Assembly (NCBI GenBank): GCA_012031145.1
Contig: JAAUUH010000004.1
Location: 182-64,181, forward strand
DNA from: Oscillatoriales cyanobacterium SM2_2_1
Lineage (GTDB): Bacteria > Cyanobacteriota > Cyanobacteriia > Pseudanabaenales > Pseudanabaenaceae
DNA: 64,000 bases
Reading direction: 5' to 3'
A program made the position numbers and the translations under genes. Positions 1 to 9,644 of the stretch are shown here, piece after piece. Below the pieces are notes generated by a model, which was given only the letters and a program-made list of their open reading frames with translations, did no database searches and had not been told where the DNA came from. How positions within the stretch are numbered: position 1 is the first letter of the stretch; the number at the start of each line of letters is the position of its first letter.

Positions 1-503
1 ACGCCAACAATAAAATTTTGGTACAGGTTACGGGGATTAAACAAATAAAACTGATTGATGCTGTCTTTGGTGATGGTGGTATCAAAGCCTGCTCGGGGGT
101 AGCAGTCGTTGGGGGCTCCGATCGCCCTTAGGGACAGGGACTTACCAGCAATCAAATCGGCGATCGCATGGCCGCCGCCGCGTAAGGCAGCATTTTCTTC
201 CCCCAACTCCGGCTCTTGGGCCGCACCGAGATAGAGATCCACCGCACCAAAACCGCTGTGGGCCGGAATTCCGTCAATCCAGCATTGCCTGATGCGTAGC
301 GGCGGATCGGTTTGGCCCAAATTAAGAACCGCCCCACTGCCCTCCATCGGCTCAAAGGTACCCGTAGTAACCACATCCACTTGGGCAAAGGTGTCAGCGA
401 CGCCCTGGCGGTGGATAAGATGTTTTACTTCCTGGGCAGTAACCACGCCTACGGTGCCAGCGGCGATTTTTTGGTTGATTTGGGTCAGGGTGCGTTGGCG
501 CAT
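1..503 (-). CDS. DUF39/COG1900-type (homocysteine biosynthesis family) protein, N-terminal part; gene runs off the left edge
   Basis: Absent from the ORF track because it has no stop in the window. The reverse-strand ATG at 503..501 opens a frame that stays open to base 1 (MRQRTLTQINQKIAAGTVGVVTAQEVKHLIHRQGVADTFAQVDVVTTGTFEPMEGSGAVLNLG...). This ATG directly abuts the stop (504-506) of the upstream usp gene. Confidence 0.6.
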   Translation of the reverse strand, partial: MRQRTLTQINQKIAAGTVGVVTAQEVKHLIHRQGVADTFAQVDVVTTGTFEPMEGSGAVLNLGQTDPPLRIRQCWIDGIPAHSGFGAVDLYLGAAQEPELGEENAALRGGGHAIADLIAGKSLSLRAIGAPNDCYPRAGFDTTITKDSINQFYLFNPRNLYQNFIVG

Positions 504-1340
504 CTAGGCGACAGGGGAACGGGTGAGTAGCACTGGACAAGGGGCATTAACCCTGACATAGTCGGATACGGAGCCCCCCAACAGGCGATCAAGATCGGGA
601 AGGCTGCGGGCAATTTCGGGACGGCGATCGGGAGAGCCAAGTAACAATAGGGAGGCATTGGCTTCCGTAGCAGCAGCGCAAATTTCTCGACCCGATTCGC
701 CTACGCGCCAAAAAATGCGGTGTTTGATGCCCAATCGCGTTAGGGTGCCACGGGCTTCTAGGAGGGCGGGGTCGGTGGTCGGTTCACCTTCCTCGGCCTT
801 GCGAACCACCCGCACTAGTAAAATTTCGATCTCACTGCTGCCCTGGAGTAGCTGAACAGCAAAATTGAGGCAATCTTTAGCAGCACTCGAGCCATCGATC
901 GCCACCATCAGTGAGCGGATGCTCTTGATGTAAATATCGTCCTTGACCAACAGCATGGGCACAGAGGCAATTTGGAACACATACTGGCTGACGGAATTGG
1001 CCAAGATCGCCTGCAGCCGTCCCATACCCCGTGAACCCATGATCAGGAGATTGGGTTTAAGTTCCTCAGCGACGCGGCAGACCACGTCTTTGGGATCCCC
1101 TTCCTTGAGCAGGGTCACGGCTCGGTTCTCCGGTTGCAGCCGCAGGTTCTTAGCTTCCTTGTCTAAAATCCGCTCTCCGGCGAGACGATATTCCGTCAAG
1201 CCTTCCGCACTGGCCGCCAACGGCACCACATGCAGAACCGTAACTTGGGCGCGGGCAAAGCTGGGTAGTGGCAAAAGCATATTTAATTGTTCCCGCGATC
1301 GCCCAGAGCCATCCACCGCCAACAGTATGTGGTCAATCAT
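504..1340 (-). CDS. universal stress protein, tandem UspA domains
   Basis: 278-aa ORF with two Usp-like halves (MIDHILLAVDGSGRS... and IRSLMVAIDGSSAAK...), each ending in a G-x2-G-x9-GSV-type motif (GSRGMGRLQAILANSVS; GSPDRR...LGGSVS). Confidence 0.85.
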   Translation of the reverse strand: MIDHILLAVDGSGRSREQLNMLLPLPSFARAQVTVLHVVPLAASAEGLTEYRLAGERILDKEAKNLRLQPENRAVTLLKEGDPKDVVCRVAEELKPNLLIMGSRGMGRLQAILANSVSQYVFQIASVPMLLVKDDIYIKSIRSLMVAIDGSSAAKDCLNFAVQLLQGSSEIEILLVRVVRKAEEGEPTTDPALLEARGTLTRLGIKHRIFWRVGESGREICAAATEANASLLLLGSPDRRPEIARSLPDLDRLLGGSVSDYVRVNAPCPVLLTRSPVA

Positions 1341-1534
1341 AGAATTTAAGGAATTTTGATTAAAGGGACTAAAATTCCAGTAAAGCCCAAGGACAGCAAC
1401 ACTTTAGGGAACTTCAAAATTCTTAAAGGGTCGAGGCATTGCCAACCAAACTTCGACGGGTTCTGCGTGACCCTAGGGGAAGGAATCGATCCCTCCCCCG
1501 TTCAGCCGCCTAACGGGAGTATTGCAGGGGCAGA

Positions 1535-2236
1535 CTAACCCATGTCAAATAGGAGAAATTCGGACTCTGCCGCACCACCAATAACTTCGAGGTGGGACGT
1601 CTCGGCGATCGCCACGCCATCTCCCGTACCTACCTGCTGACCACACACGGATAGGCCACCGCGCACCACCTGCAACCACAGCTTGCGATCTAGGCTTGTC
1701 CCATGGGACAAGCGCTCTCCCGGCGGCACAATAGCACAATAGAGGTCTACATCCTGCTGAATGGTAACGGAGCCGTGGCGACCATCGGAGGAACCCACTA
1801 GGCACAGTTGCCCATATTTTTGCTCACGGGGAAAGTGGGTCTGTTCATAGCTCGGTTGGGTGCCCTGTTGGGCGGGCAAAATCCAGATTTGCAACAGGTG
1901 TCCCCAATTGCTACTTGACGGATTGTATTCACTATGGCGAATTCCTGTACCGGCAGACATCCGCTGCACATCACCAGGATGGATTACGGAGCCATTGCCA
2001 AGGCTGTCCCGATGCTCTAGGGCCCCATCCAGGACGTAGGTGATGATTTCCATGTCACTGTGACCGTGGGGCGCAAACCCGGCGGATGGGGCAATGCGGT
2101 CTTCGTTGATCACGCGCAGCGTACCAAACCCCATGTGTTGCGGGTCATAGTAGGAAGCAAAGGAAAAGGTGTGGTAACTGTCTAGCCAATCAATGCGGGC
2201 GTGACCACGTTTTTGGCTGGGGCGAAGGGTAATCAT
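1535..2236 (-). CDS. pirin family protein
   Basis: Pirin/cupin signature ([23 protein letters not shown]...[28 protein letters not shown]). The start is moved to ATG 2236 (MITLRPSQ), which is preceded by AGGAG. The track ORF extends to 2290. Confidence 0.9.
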   Translation of the reverse strand: MITLRPSQKRGHARIDWLDSYHTFSFASYYDPQHMGFGTLRVINEDRIAPSAGFAPHGHSDMEIITYVLDGALEHRDSLGNGSVIHPGDVQRMSAGTGIRHSEYNPSSSNWGHLLQIWILPAQQGTQPSYEQTHFPREQKYGQLCLVGSSDGRHGSVTIQQDVDLYCAIVPPGERLSHGTSLDRKLWLQVVRGGLSVCGQQVGTGDGVAIAETSHLEVIGGAAESEFLLFDMG

Positions 2237-2453
2237 GGCAAAACTCCTAATAAAAGCAACCAACTTAACCCTATTATGATTCCGCTTCATTCAAGAGACA
2301 ATTACCTGATTTGGAAGCAGTTTGTCTCTATTTAGAATACAATTTTGCCAAGGTACTAGCGTCATTACCCCTGAATATCACGCCTTGGATTAGGGTTTGC
2401 GCCCCCAAGTTCTGGGAGGGGAAGGCGTTATTCCAGGGAAATGGAGGAAACAG

Positions 2454-3347
2454 GTGGATCGTTTGACCCAGATTAGGGCATTTACCCAGGTGGTGATGGC
2501 GGGTGGATTTGCGGCGGCGGCCCGGCAGATGGGAGTTTCGCGATCGGTGGTGAATAAGCTGGTGCTCGCCCTAGAGCAGGATCTAGGGGTGCAACTGCTG
2601 CATCGCAGTACGCGAGTTGTGACGCCAACGGAACTTGGGTTGACGTTTTATGACCATGGACTTGAGGTATTGGAGCGGTGGACAGTGGCGGAGCAACAGA
2701 TGCGACGGTTGCAGGATCGCCCCAGTGGTCGTTTGCGGGTGAATGGGCCTATGACCTTCGGTACGATGTTCCTAGCTCCGGCGATCGCCGAATTTTTAAC
2801 GCAGTACCCCGACCTCCAGATTCAGTTGACCCTCAATGATCGTCTGATTGATCCCATTGAGGAGGGCTTTGATATCACCCTGCGGATTGCGGCTCCGTTG
2901 CCGACCGGAAGCCTCTACGTGCAGCCCCTGCGGTCAATGCCCCTATGGGTTTGTGCGGCCCCCACCTATCTGGAGCGCCATGGCACCCCCCGGCAACCCC
3001 AGGATCTACGATCGCACCCCTGTTTGCATTATGGACATCTCAGTACTCCTAGCCGCTGGACCTTGGCAGGAGAAACGGTGTCGGTGCAAGGGGGGATCTG
3101 TTCTAACAATGGGGAGGTGTTGTTGGCGGCGTGCCTTCGGGGGCTCGGCATTGCTTTGCTGCCAGAATTTTTGGTGGGCGGGGCGATCGCCAGCGGGGAA
3201 CTGCAACGCATTCTTACGACCTACCCAGCCCAGCCCCTAGCCATGGAGTTGCTCTATTCCGCCAATCCTTACATTTCCCAAAAAACCCGCCTCCTGTTGC
3301 ACTTTCTCAGCGAGCGGTTTGGGGAACAGGGGCCGGATTTTCGGTAA
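2454..3347 (+). CDS. LysR family transcriptional regulator, divergent from the pirin gene
   Basis: N-terminal HTH (DRLTQIRAFTQVVMAGGFAAAARQMGVSRSVVNKLVLALEQDLGVQLLHR) plus a LysR substrate-binding domain. The likely start is GTG 2454, 6 nt after GGAGG. The track ORF starts at 2397. Confidence 0.9.
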   Translation: MDRLTQIRAFTQVVMAGGFAAAARQMGVSRSVVNKLVLALEQDLGVQLLHRSTRVVTPTELGLTFYDHGLEVLERWTVAEQQMRRLQDRPSGRLRVNGPMTFGTMFLAPAIAEFLTQYPDLQIQLTLNDRLIDPIEEGFDITLRIAAPLPTGSLYVQPLRSMPLWVCAAPTYLERHGTPRQPQDLRSHPCLHYGHLSTPSRWTLAGETVSVQGGICSNNGEVLLAACLRGLGIALLPEFLVGGAIASGELQRILTTYPAQPLAMELLYSANPYISQKTRLLLHFLSERFGEQGPDFR

Positions 3348-3419
3348 TCACGCCATTTTGCTTTGGGCGATCGCCAACACAATAGTAACAAGAACTTTAC
3401 ACAGCTTGAAGAGGTCACC

Positions 3420-3749
3420 GTGTTCGACTTTCGCGACATGCAGAGTAACGATAATCCCCTGCTTTCCTACTTGCAGAAGCAATCCCCCGACACCCTAGCC
3501 CAAATTACGCAGTCGGTCAGCCCCGAAGTGAAGCAAATTGTGAGCCAAAATATTCAAAATCTCTTGGGGATGTTACCGCCTAGCCATTTCAACGTCCAGA
3601 TCGCCACGGATCGCGAAAACCTGGCCGGATTGCTTGGCTCAGCTATGATGACGGGATATTTTCTGAGCCAAGTCGAGATGCGCATGCAACTCGATCAACG
3701 CTTAGCAGCTATAGGCTCCTTGGAGTCAGACTCTGAACTCTTGCCATGA
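3420..3749 (+). CDS. DUF760-like conserved cyanobacterial protein
   Basis: NPLLSYLQKQSPDTLAQITQSVSPEVKQIVSQNIQNLLGMLPPSHFNVQIATDRENLAGLLGSAMMTGYFL matches the family as I remember it. The start is uncertain (GTG 3420, ATG 3438 or TTG 3363). Confidence 0.7.
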   Translation: MFDFRDMQSNDNPLLSYLQKQSPDTLAQITQSVSPEVKQIVSQNIQNLLGMLPPSHFNVQIATDRENLAGLLGSAMMTGYFLSQVEMRMQLDQRLAAIGSLESDSELLP

Positions 3750-4624
3750 CCATGCCCGTGGAGGCGAATGCCTAGGAACACGTCATACAAAAAGCTGCCG
3801 AAGTCAGGAAACTGCCAAATCCCTAAACTTTGGGGGGAGTCGTTTTGGTCGAGCAGGGGCTTCATCTGATGGTAGGCAGCTCGGTAGGCATACCAGGGTA
3901 CATTGGGCCAAAGGTGATGAATCAGATGGTAGTTCTGACCTAACAGGAGAATATTGAGCAACCAACTGGGGTAAACGCGGGCATTTTTCCAGCGCGATCG
4001 CTCCACAAAGGGGCGATGGGGCAAATAGTCAAAAAACAACCCCAACAGCATCCCCATAATCGCCGTGGGTACAAACCAAAAGTTGAGAATATACCCTAGG
4101 AAGCCGTGATAGTAGCCGGCCACCAAAACCGCCACCAAAATGCCCCGGCTAATCGTCCATTCAAGGAGTTCATAGTTGCGCCACAGCCGCCGCTGAAAGA
4201 AAAAGACCTCGTGGTAGAAAAAACGCACCGCAATCAGCCAGAGGGGGCCGCCGGTGGAAACAAAGTGGTCGGGATCATTCTCGGGGTCATTGACGTTGGC
4301 GTGGTGCTGCATGTGCACCCGCGTAAAAACCGGATAGACAAAGCCCTGCAAAACTGCCGAAATATGACCGATGGCCGCATTGATTGCCCGATTGCGATGG
4401 GCGACCCCATGGGAAGCATCATGGATCACAGTGCCCAAAACGTACAACGATAAAAAGTTGCATACAAAAACCAGACCATGGGCCCATTGCCAATACCAGT
4501 AACCCGTTGTCGAGACGGTGGCTAACACGATAGAACCAACCAGCAACAACAATGTGGGATTAAAGCCTTTAGGTGCACCCATCAGATCGCGGGGCACCGT
4601 TAGGGTATTCCCTGCCTGCTGCAT
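3695..4624 (-). CDS. crtR: beta-carotene hydroxylase CrtR (desaturase-type di-iron enzyme)
   Basis: Three His boxes (HDASHG; HMQHHANVNDPENDPDH; HLIHHLWPNVPWY) and strong overall resemblance to Synechocystis CrtR. The start is moved to ATG 4624, which is preceded by AAGGAG. Confidence 0.8.
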   Translation of the reverse strand: MQQAGNTLTVPRDLMGAPKGFNPTLLLLVGSIVLATVSTTGYWYWQWAHGLVFVCNFLSLYVLGTVIHDASHGVAHRNRAINAAIGHISAVLQGFVYPVFTRVHMQHHANVNDPENDPDHFVSTGGPLWLIAVRFFYHEVFFFQRRLWRNYELLEWTISRGILVAVLVAGYYHGFLGYILNFWFVPTAIMGMLLGLFFDYLPHRPFVERSRWKNARVYPSWLLNILLLGQNYHLIHHLWPNVPWYAYRAAYHQMKPLLDQNDSPQSLGIWQFPDFGSFLYDVFLGIRLHGHGHGKSSESDSKEPIAAKR

Positions 4625-4915
4625 TTTGAAACTCCTTTGACACTGCAATCGAATTAAGGCGGTTCGGTCGCCATTGTGGCATGACTCGCAATCCCTCTGT
4701 AGTATATCCTCAGAGGGAAACAATATGTAGTTTTGTTACACTGGCGCAACACCACCCGGAAAACCCTCCAAATCTCAACCTTTGTCTGCTTGGGGAGGGA
4801 AGCATTCTTTAGTAGTAGGGGTACTTTTGGCTCCCGGGCGAAGGGAAGCCCATGGTTCCCTAGGCGGATGGTTTTGGGCAAACTGGGCAGCGCTGCGGCC
4901 CAAAATCTCAGGTGT

Positions 4916-5149
4916 CTAGGAGGCGGTGGCTGCAAAATCGCGACAGGCGATCGCGGCGGGGGTGAGGGAACTGCCCGGGTGAACGGGACACTTAAGATAG
5001 GGTTTGTGGGTGAAGTAGCGACAGCGGGGGCAGGGGATGCGAACCATTTGCTGGCGCGTGGCGATCGCCATTTGTAACCCGCGAATAATCACGCTAGCCG
5101 TTAAGGTGATAAACAACCAAGCGGCGACTGCCTGTAAAAACGTTGCCAT
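4916..5149 (-). CDS. small membrane protein with a Cys-x2-Cys ... Cys-P motif, hypothetical
   Basis: 77 aa (MATFLQAVAAWLFITLTASVIIRGLQ...CPRCRYFTHKPYLKCPVHP). The ATG at 5149 is preceded by GGGAGG and lies 12 nt after the upstream stop. The long track ORF 4916..5512 is an artefactual extension. Confidence 0.55.
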   Translation of the reverse strand: MATFLQAVAAWLFITLTASVIIRGLQMAIATRQQMVRIPCPRCRYFTHKPYLKCPVHPGSSLTPAAIACRDFAATAS

Positions 5150-5160
5150 TTTTTTCCTCC

Positions 5161-5630
5161 CTAGGAACGCTGAGCAATCACCATGACCCAGTGACAGGGC
5201 TGGGACAGGGTGTTGCGATGTCCTTGCCAGAATAACTGCCAAGCCGCCCGGGTGGTGATGTAGTTTCGTGACAGATAAAAGCCCGGTGGTGGGGACTCGT
5301 TCTCCCAAGTGCCTAAGTCTGAGGTGCGATCGCCCATAAAAAATTCCCCACTGCCGGTTACCCGCAGCAGCAGGTGCACCCGAGGGTTGTGCTGCAAAGA
5401 TTGGGGTAGGACAAACACGGCAAAATTCTGATGCTGTTGCCAGAAATTGAATGTTGCCCACCGAGCCGCGATTTGGTTTTGAGCCAATAGGGGGCAACTC
5501 TGCCCCGGGCAAACCACAGGCTGAGGCAAAAGGCTAGCCCGACGCCCAAAAGCCCCAGCAAGAATTTAATCCATGGATTTCTACCATGGAAGAATCGGAT
5601 AGGGGGGATCTGGGGCAACCGGCGGTTCAT
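5161..5630 (-). pseudogene. signal-anchored hypothetical protein (about 156 aa), frame broken by a 1-nt indel
   Basis: ORF 5358..5660 supplies only the start and a signal anchor (MNRRLPQIPPIRFFHGRNPWIKFLLGLLGVGLAFCLSLWFARG), then degenerates. ORF 5161..5529 in another frame has the protein-like body but only a TTG start. Adding one G to the G5 run at 5490-5494 joins the two. Confidence 0.5.
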
Positions 5631-5735
5631 GGTGCGGCCAAAATGACGCGGTGAACACAAATATAGCGAAGTCTTGAGGTTGATGTGAGGCTAAAGCCGC
5701 TACGCGCTAAAATTATGCCAATCCAATGTAAGTCA

Positions 5736-7076
5736 ATGACAGCGCCCTACAGTCAATCGCTTCATACTTCCTTGAGTCAGCTGCCCCATGAGCAGTTATT
5801 GCAACTGATATGGAATTTGGCAATGCAGCAGCCGCCCCTCTACGAGGCCCTTGCTCGCCATTGTGCCGGGCAACCGATGGAGCGCGAGCCAGTGGCCGCT
5901 GCCCAACTTAGGCAACAGATTGATCAGGTCTTTGCCTACTTAGCTACGGTTTCTGCCTACGACTATGAAGATGATTATGACGATGAATATGAATACGAAG
6001 AAATTACAGCACTATTGCAGCAGGTAGGGGCCAAAGAGCGACGGGAGCGGCCGGAGTTGCTGTGGTACCTAATTGAGCGCGCTAACCTGGCCTTTGCCGA
6101 AGCCACCCTGGCTACCGTGCAGATTGAATTGGCGATCGCCCAGTATGTACAGTTGGTTTCTGAGCTGTGTCCGAGTTTGCCAGAGCGCAAACCCCACATT
6201 GAAAAGCTCGTAAGTAGTTTGGACTGGGAGCTGATGGGGCATGGCCGCATTTTAGTGACCACTCGCCGGGGCTTGGAAACCCTGGCCGGCTATCCGCTTT
6301 TGATTGACCTGCTCAAGGGGCACCCGGCGCAGTCGATCCGCGAGTGGGTTGCCCATTATTACCGTCAACTGGGGCGGGATGACGCCTACTTAACCTATCG
6401 ACGGGCGCACCTCCACCATGAATTCCAATACTTGGATTTGGCTCAGTTTTGGCAACAGCGGGGGGATACACGGCAATATTTAGCTACCCTTGAATCTTGG
6501 CTAACCCTTGGGGTGCCGCCGGAACCGCCTTCGGTGGTGTTGCAGATGCTGGAAGCACACTATGCCCAGCAGCAAAATCAAGTCGAACTACTGCGGATTT
6601 TGCTCTGCGAAGCCCAGTGGTATGGCGTCACCTTGGCCCTATATCAGAGAATTAAGCCCCTAGCGATCGCCCAGGAGCAGTGGCAGGAGGTGCGCCACCA
6701 ATTGCTGAGCCTTGCCAAGGGAGGGGCAGAAATTGAGACCCTATCCCGCATTTACATCTATGAAGCCCAGGAGGAGGATGCGATCGCCCTTTTAGACCAT
6801 CCCCAATGCTATGAATCGACAACGGTGTTTATCGCCGACGGTATCAAGCAAAAATATCCCCAGCAGGCAATTGTAATTTACAAAAAATTGATTCAAGCCT
6901 ACTTAGATCGCAAAAATCGGGAAGGTTATGCCATTGCCGCCGAATATGCCCAAGCACTCAAACACATTTACCTAAACATTCTCAATAGCCCCGAGCCATG
7001 GCGGGACTACCTGCTCCAACTTAAGGAACGCTACGGACAAAAACGCTCCTTCTGTGATGAATTTAAGGATCTCTAG
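5736..7076 (+). CDS. hypothetical all-helical protein with an acidic Tyr/Asp/Glu tract
   Basis: Long ORF with ordinary codon usage. The acidic stretch is YDYEDDYDDEYEYEE, and the C-terminus (REGYAIAAEYAQALKHIY...WRDYLLQLKERYGQKRSFCDEFKDL) resembles the tail of SWIM-associated helical proteins. The start is uncertain (5685, 5715 or 5736). Confidence 0.6.
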   Translation: MTAPYSQSLHTSLSQLPHEQLLQLIWNLAMQQPPLYEALARHCAGQPMEREPVAAAQLRQQIDQVFAYLATVSAYDYEDDYDDEYEYEEITALLQQVGAKERRERPELLWYLIERANLAFAEATLATVQIELAIAQYVQLVSELCPSLPERKPHIEKLVSSLDWELMGHGRILVTTRRGLETLAGYPLLIDLLKGHPAQSIREWVAHYYRQLGRDDAYLTYRRAHLHHEFQYLDLAQFWQQRGDTRQYLATLESWLTLGVPPEPPSVVLQMLEAHYAQQQNQVELLRILLCEAQWYGVTLALYQRIKPLAIAQEQWQEVRHQLLSLAKGGAEIETLSRIYIYEAQEEDAIALLDHPQCYESTTVFIADGIKQKYPQQAIVIYKKLIQAYLDRKNREGYAIAAEYAQALKHIYLNILNSPEPWRDYLLQLKERYGQKRSFCDEFKDL

Positions 7077-7986
7077 ATTGGGGCGGCTGCGATTGGATGG
7101 GGCAGTAGCCGCCCAGGTCATCTTCTTAGCGGGTTTGGGGATCCTGCTGTTTTTGGGTTGGCGTAATCTTCAGTCCAACCTTCAGCGGGCAGGGTTGGGA
7201 TTGCAGTTTGACTTTCTTACCAGTCAGGCGTCCTTTGCAATTCGGGAGCGCACAATTCCCTACGAGCCGACGGATAGCTACCTCCTAGCCTTAGCAGTGG
7301 GAGTACTCAACTCCCTGAAAGTGATCGCCATTGCCATAGTCTCCGCAACGGGGATCGGAGCGGCGGTGGGTATGGCCCGTCTCACACCCCATTGGCTGGT
7401 GCAACAGATGGCCCGGGTCTATACCGAACTCTTTCTAAACACGCCATTGCTGCTGCAGTTATTTTTTTGGTACGTGGCGATTTTTCTGCCCTTGCCCACT
7501 GTACCCCAAGGGGCATTCGGTGGGTTATGGCAATACTCCAACCAAGGGATCGCAATTCCATGGCTGGGGGTTGCATTTTCCTCAGAATTTTTGGCCCTGT
7601 CCCTAGGGCTAAGCACATTTTCGTCAGTGTTTGTGGCGGAGTTGGTGCGGGGCAGCGTGTTGGCGATTTCTCAGGGACAGTGGGAAGCGGGATTGTCCCT
7701 GGGGTTGAACCGTTGGCAAGTGCTGCGGCTGGTGGTGTTGCCCCAAGCATGGCGAATTCTCATCCCCCCACTCACCAATCAGTATTTGAATATTATTAAA
7801 AACTCTAGTTTGGCGATCGCCGTTGGTTATGAAGATGTTTACGCGATCGCCAGTACAACCATCAATCAAACTGGTCGCCCCGTAAATGTGATTGTGATCC
7901 TCATGGGAATCTATCTTGTTCTTTGCTTGACCGTGGCTTGGGGGATGGGGGAACTCAATCGCCGCGTGCAGCTAGTGGAGCGCTAG
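7057..7986 (+). CDS. amino-acid ABC transporter permease (AapQ/NatG-like, His/Glu/Gln/Arg/opine family)
   Basis: Multi-TM protein with a long N-terminal region (LQSNLQRAGLGLQFDFLTSQASFAI) and an EAA-type loop (GQWEAGLSLGLNRWQVLRLVVLPQA). Its start overlaps the end of the previous gene. Confidence 0.8.
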   Translation: MNLRISRLGRLRLDGAVAAQVIFLAGLGILLFLGWRNLQSNLQRAGLGLQFDFLTSQASFAIRERTIPYEPTDSYLLALAVGVLNSLKVIAIAIVSATGIGAAVGMARLTPHWLVQQMARVYTELFLNTPLLLQLFFWYVAIFLPLPTVPQGAFGGLWQYSNQGIAIPWLGVAFSSEFLALSLGLSTFSSVFVAELVRGSVLAISQGQWEAGLSLGLNRWQVLRLVVLPQAWRILIPPLTNQYLNIIKNSSLAIAVGYEDVYAIASTTINQTGRPVNVIVILMGIYLVLCLTVAWGMGELNRRVQLVER

Positions 7987-8001
7987 GCTGCTTCATGCCA
8001 T

Positions 8002-8036
8002 AAAAAAGTCTCCGAAATCTGGGCGATCGCGGAGAC
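8002..8036 (-). terminator. candidate intrinsic terminator downstream of glnA
   Basis: On the minus strand, GTCTCCG-15 nt-CGGAGAC is followed by U6. It lies 77 nt after the glnA stop. Confidence 0.45.
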
Positions 8037-8112
8037 AGGTAATTAGTTGAATGAACCTAATGAATAAACTGAAACAAATCTGACAAATTACACTACCTGG
8101 CAGGAGATCGGG

Positions 8113-9533
8113 TTAGCAATCATAGTAGAGTCCAAACTCGTAGGGGTGGGGACGAATACTCACCGGCACCACCTCGTTGTTGAGCTTGTAGGAAATCCAC
8201 GTCTTCAGGAAATCTTCGGTAAATACACCACCCTTGAGCAAAAACTCATGGTCGTTTTCCAGATTTTCCAGCGCCTGCTGTAAAGAGCCTGGCGTCGAAG
8301 GTACATTGGCCAACTCCTCGGGGGATAACTCGTAGATGTCCTTATCTAGGGGGGCACCGGGATCAATTTGGTTTTCAATCCCATCAATCCCAGCCATTAA
8401 CATGGCCGCAAAGGCCAAGTAGGGATTACAGGTGGCATCGGGACAACGGAACTCTAGTCGCTTGGCCTTAGGATTGCTACCCGTCAAGGGAATCCGAATC
8501 GACGCCGAGCGGTTACCCTGGGAATAGGCCAAGTTCACCGGAGCCTCAAAACCAGGTACCAGCCGCTTGTAGGAATTTGTGGTTGGGTTGGTGAGCGCCA
8601 GCAACGCCGGAGCATGCTTCAGCAGTCCACCGATATACCACAACGCCAACTGACTGAGATCTGCATAACCGTCCCCATAGAAGGTAGGCTTGCCATCATT
8701 CCAAATCGACTGGTGGGTGTGCATCCCCGAGCCATTGTCGCCAAAGAGCGGCTTGGGCATAAAGGTGACTGTCTTGCCATAGCGCTTGGCCACATTCTTG
8801 ATGACATACTTGTAGGTCATCAGATAGTCAGCGCACTGCACCAAGCTGGCAAAGCGGAAGCCTAGCTCCGCCTGACCACCGGTCGCCACCTCGTGGTGAT
8901 GCTTCTCAATGGGCACACCGCAATCCGCCATGGTCAAGAGCATTTCTGTGCGAATGTCTTGGAAGTTATCCGACGGCGAGACCGGAAAGTAGCCCTGTTT
9001 GTTGCGGATCTTATAGCCCAAGTTTCCGCCCGGTTCGTCCCGTCCCGTGTTCCATAAACCTTCCACCGAGTCTACTTTGTAGTAGCCAGTGTGCATCTCG
9101 TTGCCGTAGGAAACACTGTCAAAAATAAAAAATTCAGGCTCTGGCCCAAAAAAGGCCTCATTTCCAAAGCCAGTTTGCTTGAGGTAGTCAATCGCCTTTT
9201 GCCCAATGACGCGGGGGCATCGGCTGTAGGGCTGACCGGTGCGCGGCTCCTGAATACTGCACACCATACTGAGCGTCGGCACTTCCATGAATGGGTCGAT
9301 CCATGCGGTTGCCGGATCCGCACCATGGCCATGTCAGAGTCGTTAATTGCCTTCCAACCCCGAATACTAGAACCATCAAACGGAACGCCATCGACAAAAG
9401 AGCCTTCGTCAATCTGATTATGGAAGAATGTGCAGTGTTGCCACATGCCGGGCATGTCGATGAACTTAAGGTCGATCATCTTGATATTTTGCTCTGCAAT
9501 CATCTGCAGAATTTCCTGGGGAGTCTGAGCCAT
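8113..9533 (-). pseudogene. glnA: glutamine synthetase type I, split by a single-base frameshift at 9319/9320
   Basis: ORF 9072..9551 gives the N-terminus ([37 protein letters not shown]...[18 protein letters not shown]). ORF 8113..9288 gives the remainder. Its frame is open upstream and reads ...[31 protein letters not shown]. Only 2 nt separate the Val codon (9321-9323) from the Asp codon (9316-9318). Confidence 0.9.
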
Positions 9534-9576
9534 GGGCGTTCCTAGATCCAAATAGAGTGCTGTATTCTGACTTCCA

Positions 9577-9619
9577 AGTGTAAAGAACGATGGTTGCGCC
9601 TATTTGTAACTTTTTATAC
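9577..9619 (-). promoter_or_regulatory. NtcA-activated promoter of glnA (GTA-N8-TAC box plus -10)
   Basis: GTAACTTTTTATAC at 9606..9619 is an exact GTA-N8-TAC. TACACT (TAN3T) lies at 9582..9577, 23 nt downstream on the minus strand. The box is about 75 nt upstream of the glnA ATG. Confidence 0.7.
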
Positions 9620-9644
9620 TTTATCGGGCGATCATCCCCCAAGT

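Noticed and set aside
152-530. Track ORFs 152..388(-), 292..507(+) and 312..530(+)
   Set aside because: They are shadow frames of the DUF39-type gene, which occupies 1..503 on the minus strand in another frame. Their translations are Arg/Trp/Pro-rich and not protein-like.
3695-3749. Convergent 3' overlaps (crtR/DUF760 by 55 nt; gamma-CA/anti-sigma kinase by 44 nt at 31753..31796), considered as antisense regulatory arrangements
   Set aside because: Such overlaps are common in compact genomes, and the extent of the overlap depends on poorly conserved C-terminal tails. The sequence does nothing to single them out.
4733-5077. 114-aa plus-strand ORF in the crtR upstream region
   Set aside because: It overlaps the better-supported 77-aa minus-strand gene, which has GGAGG and operon coupling. 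Its translation is Gly/Arg-rich.
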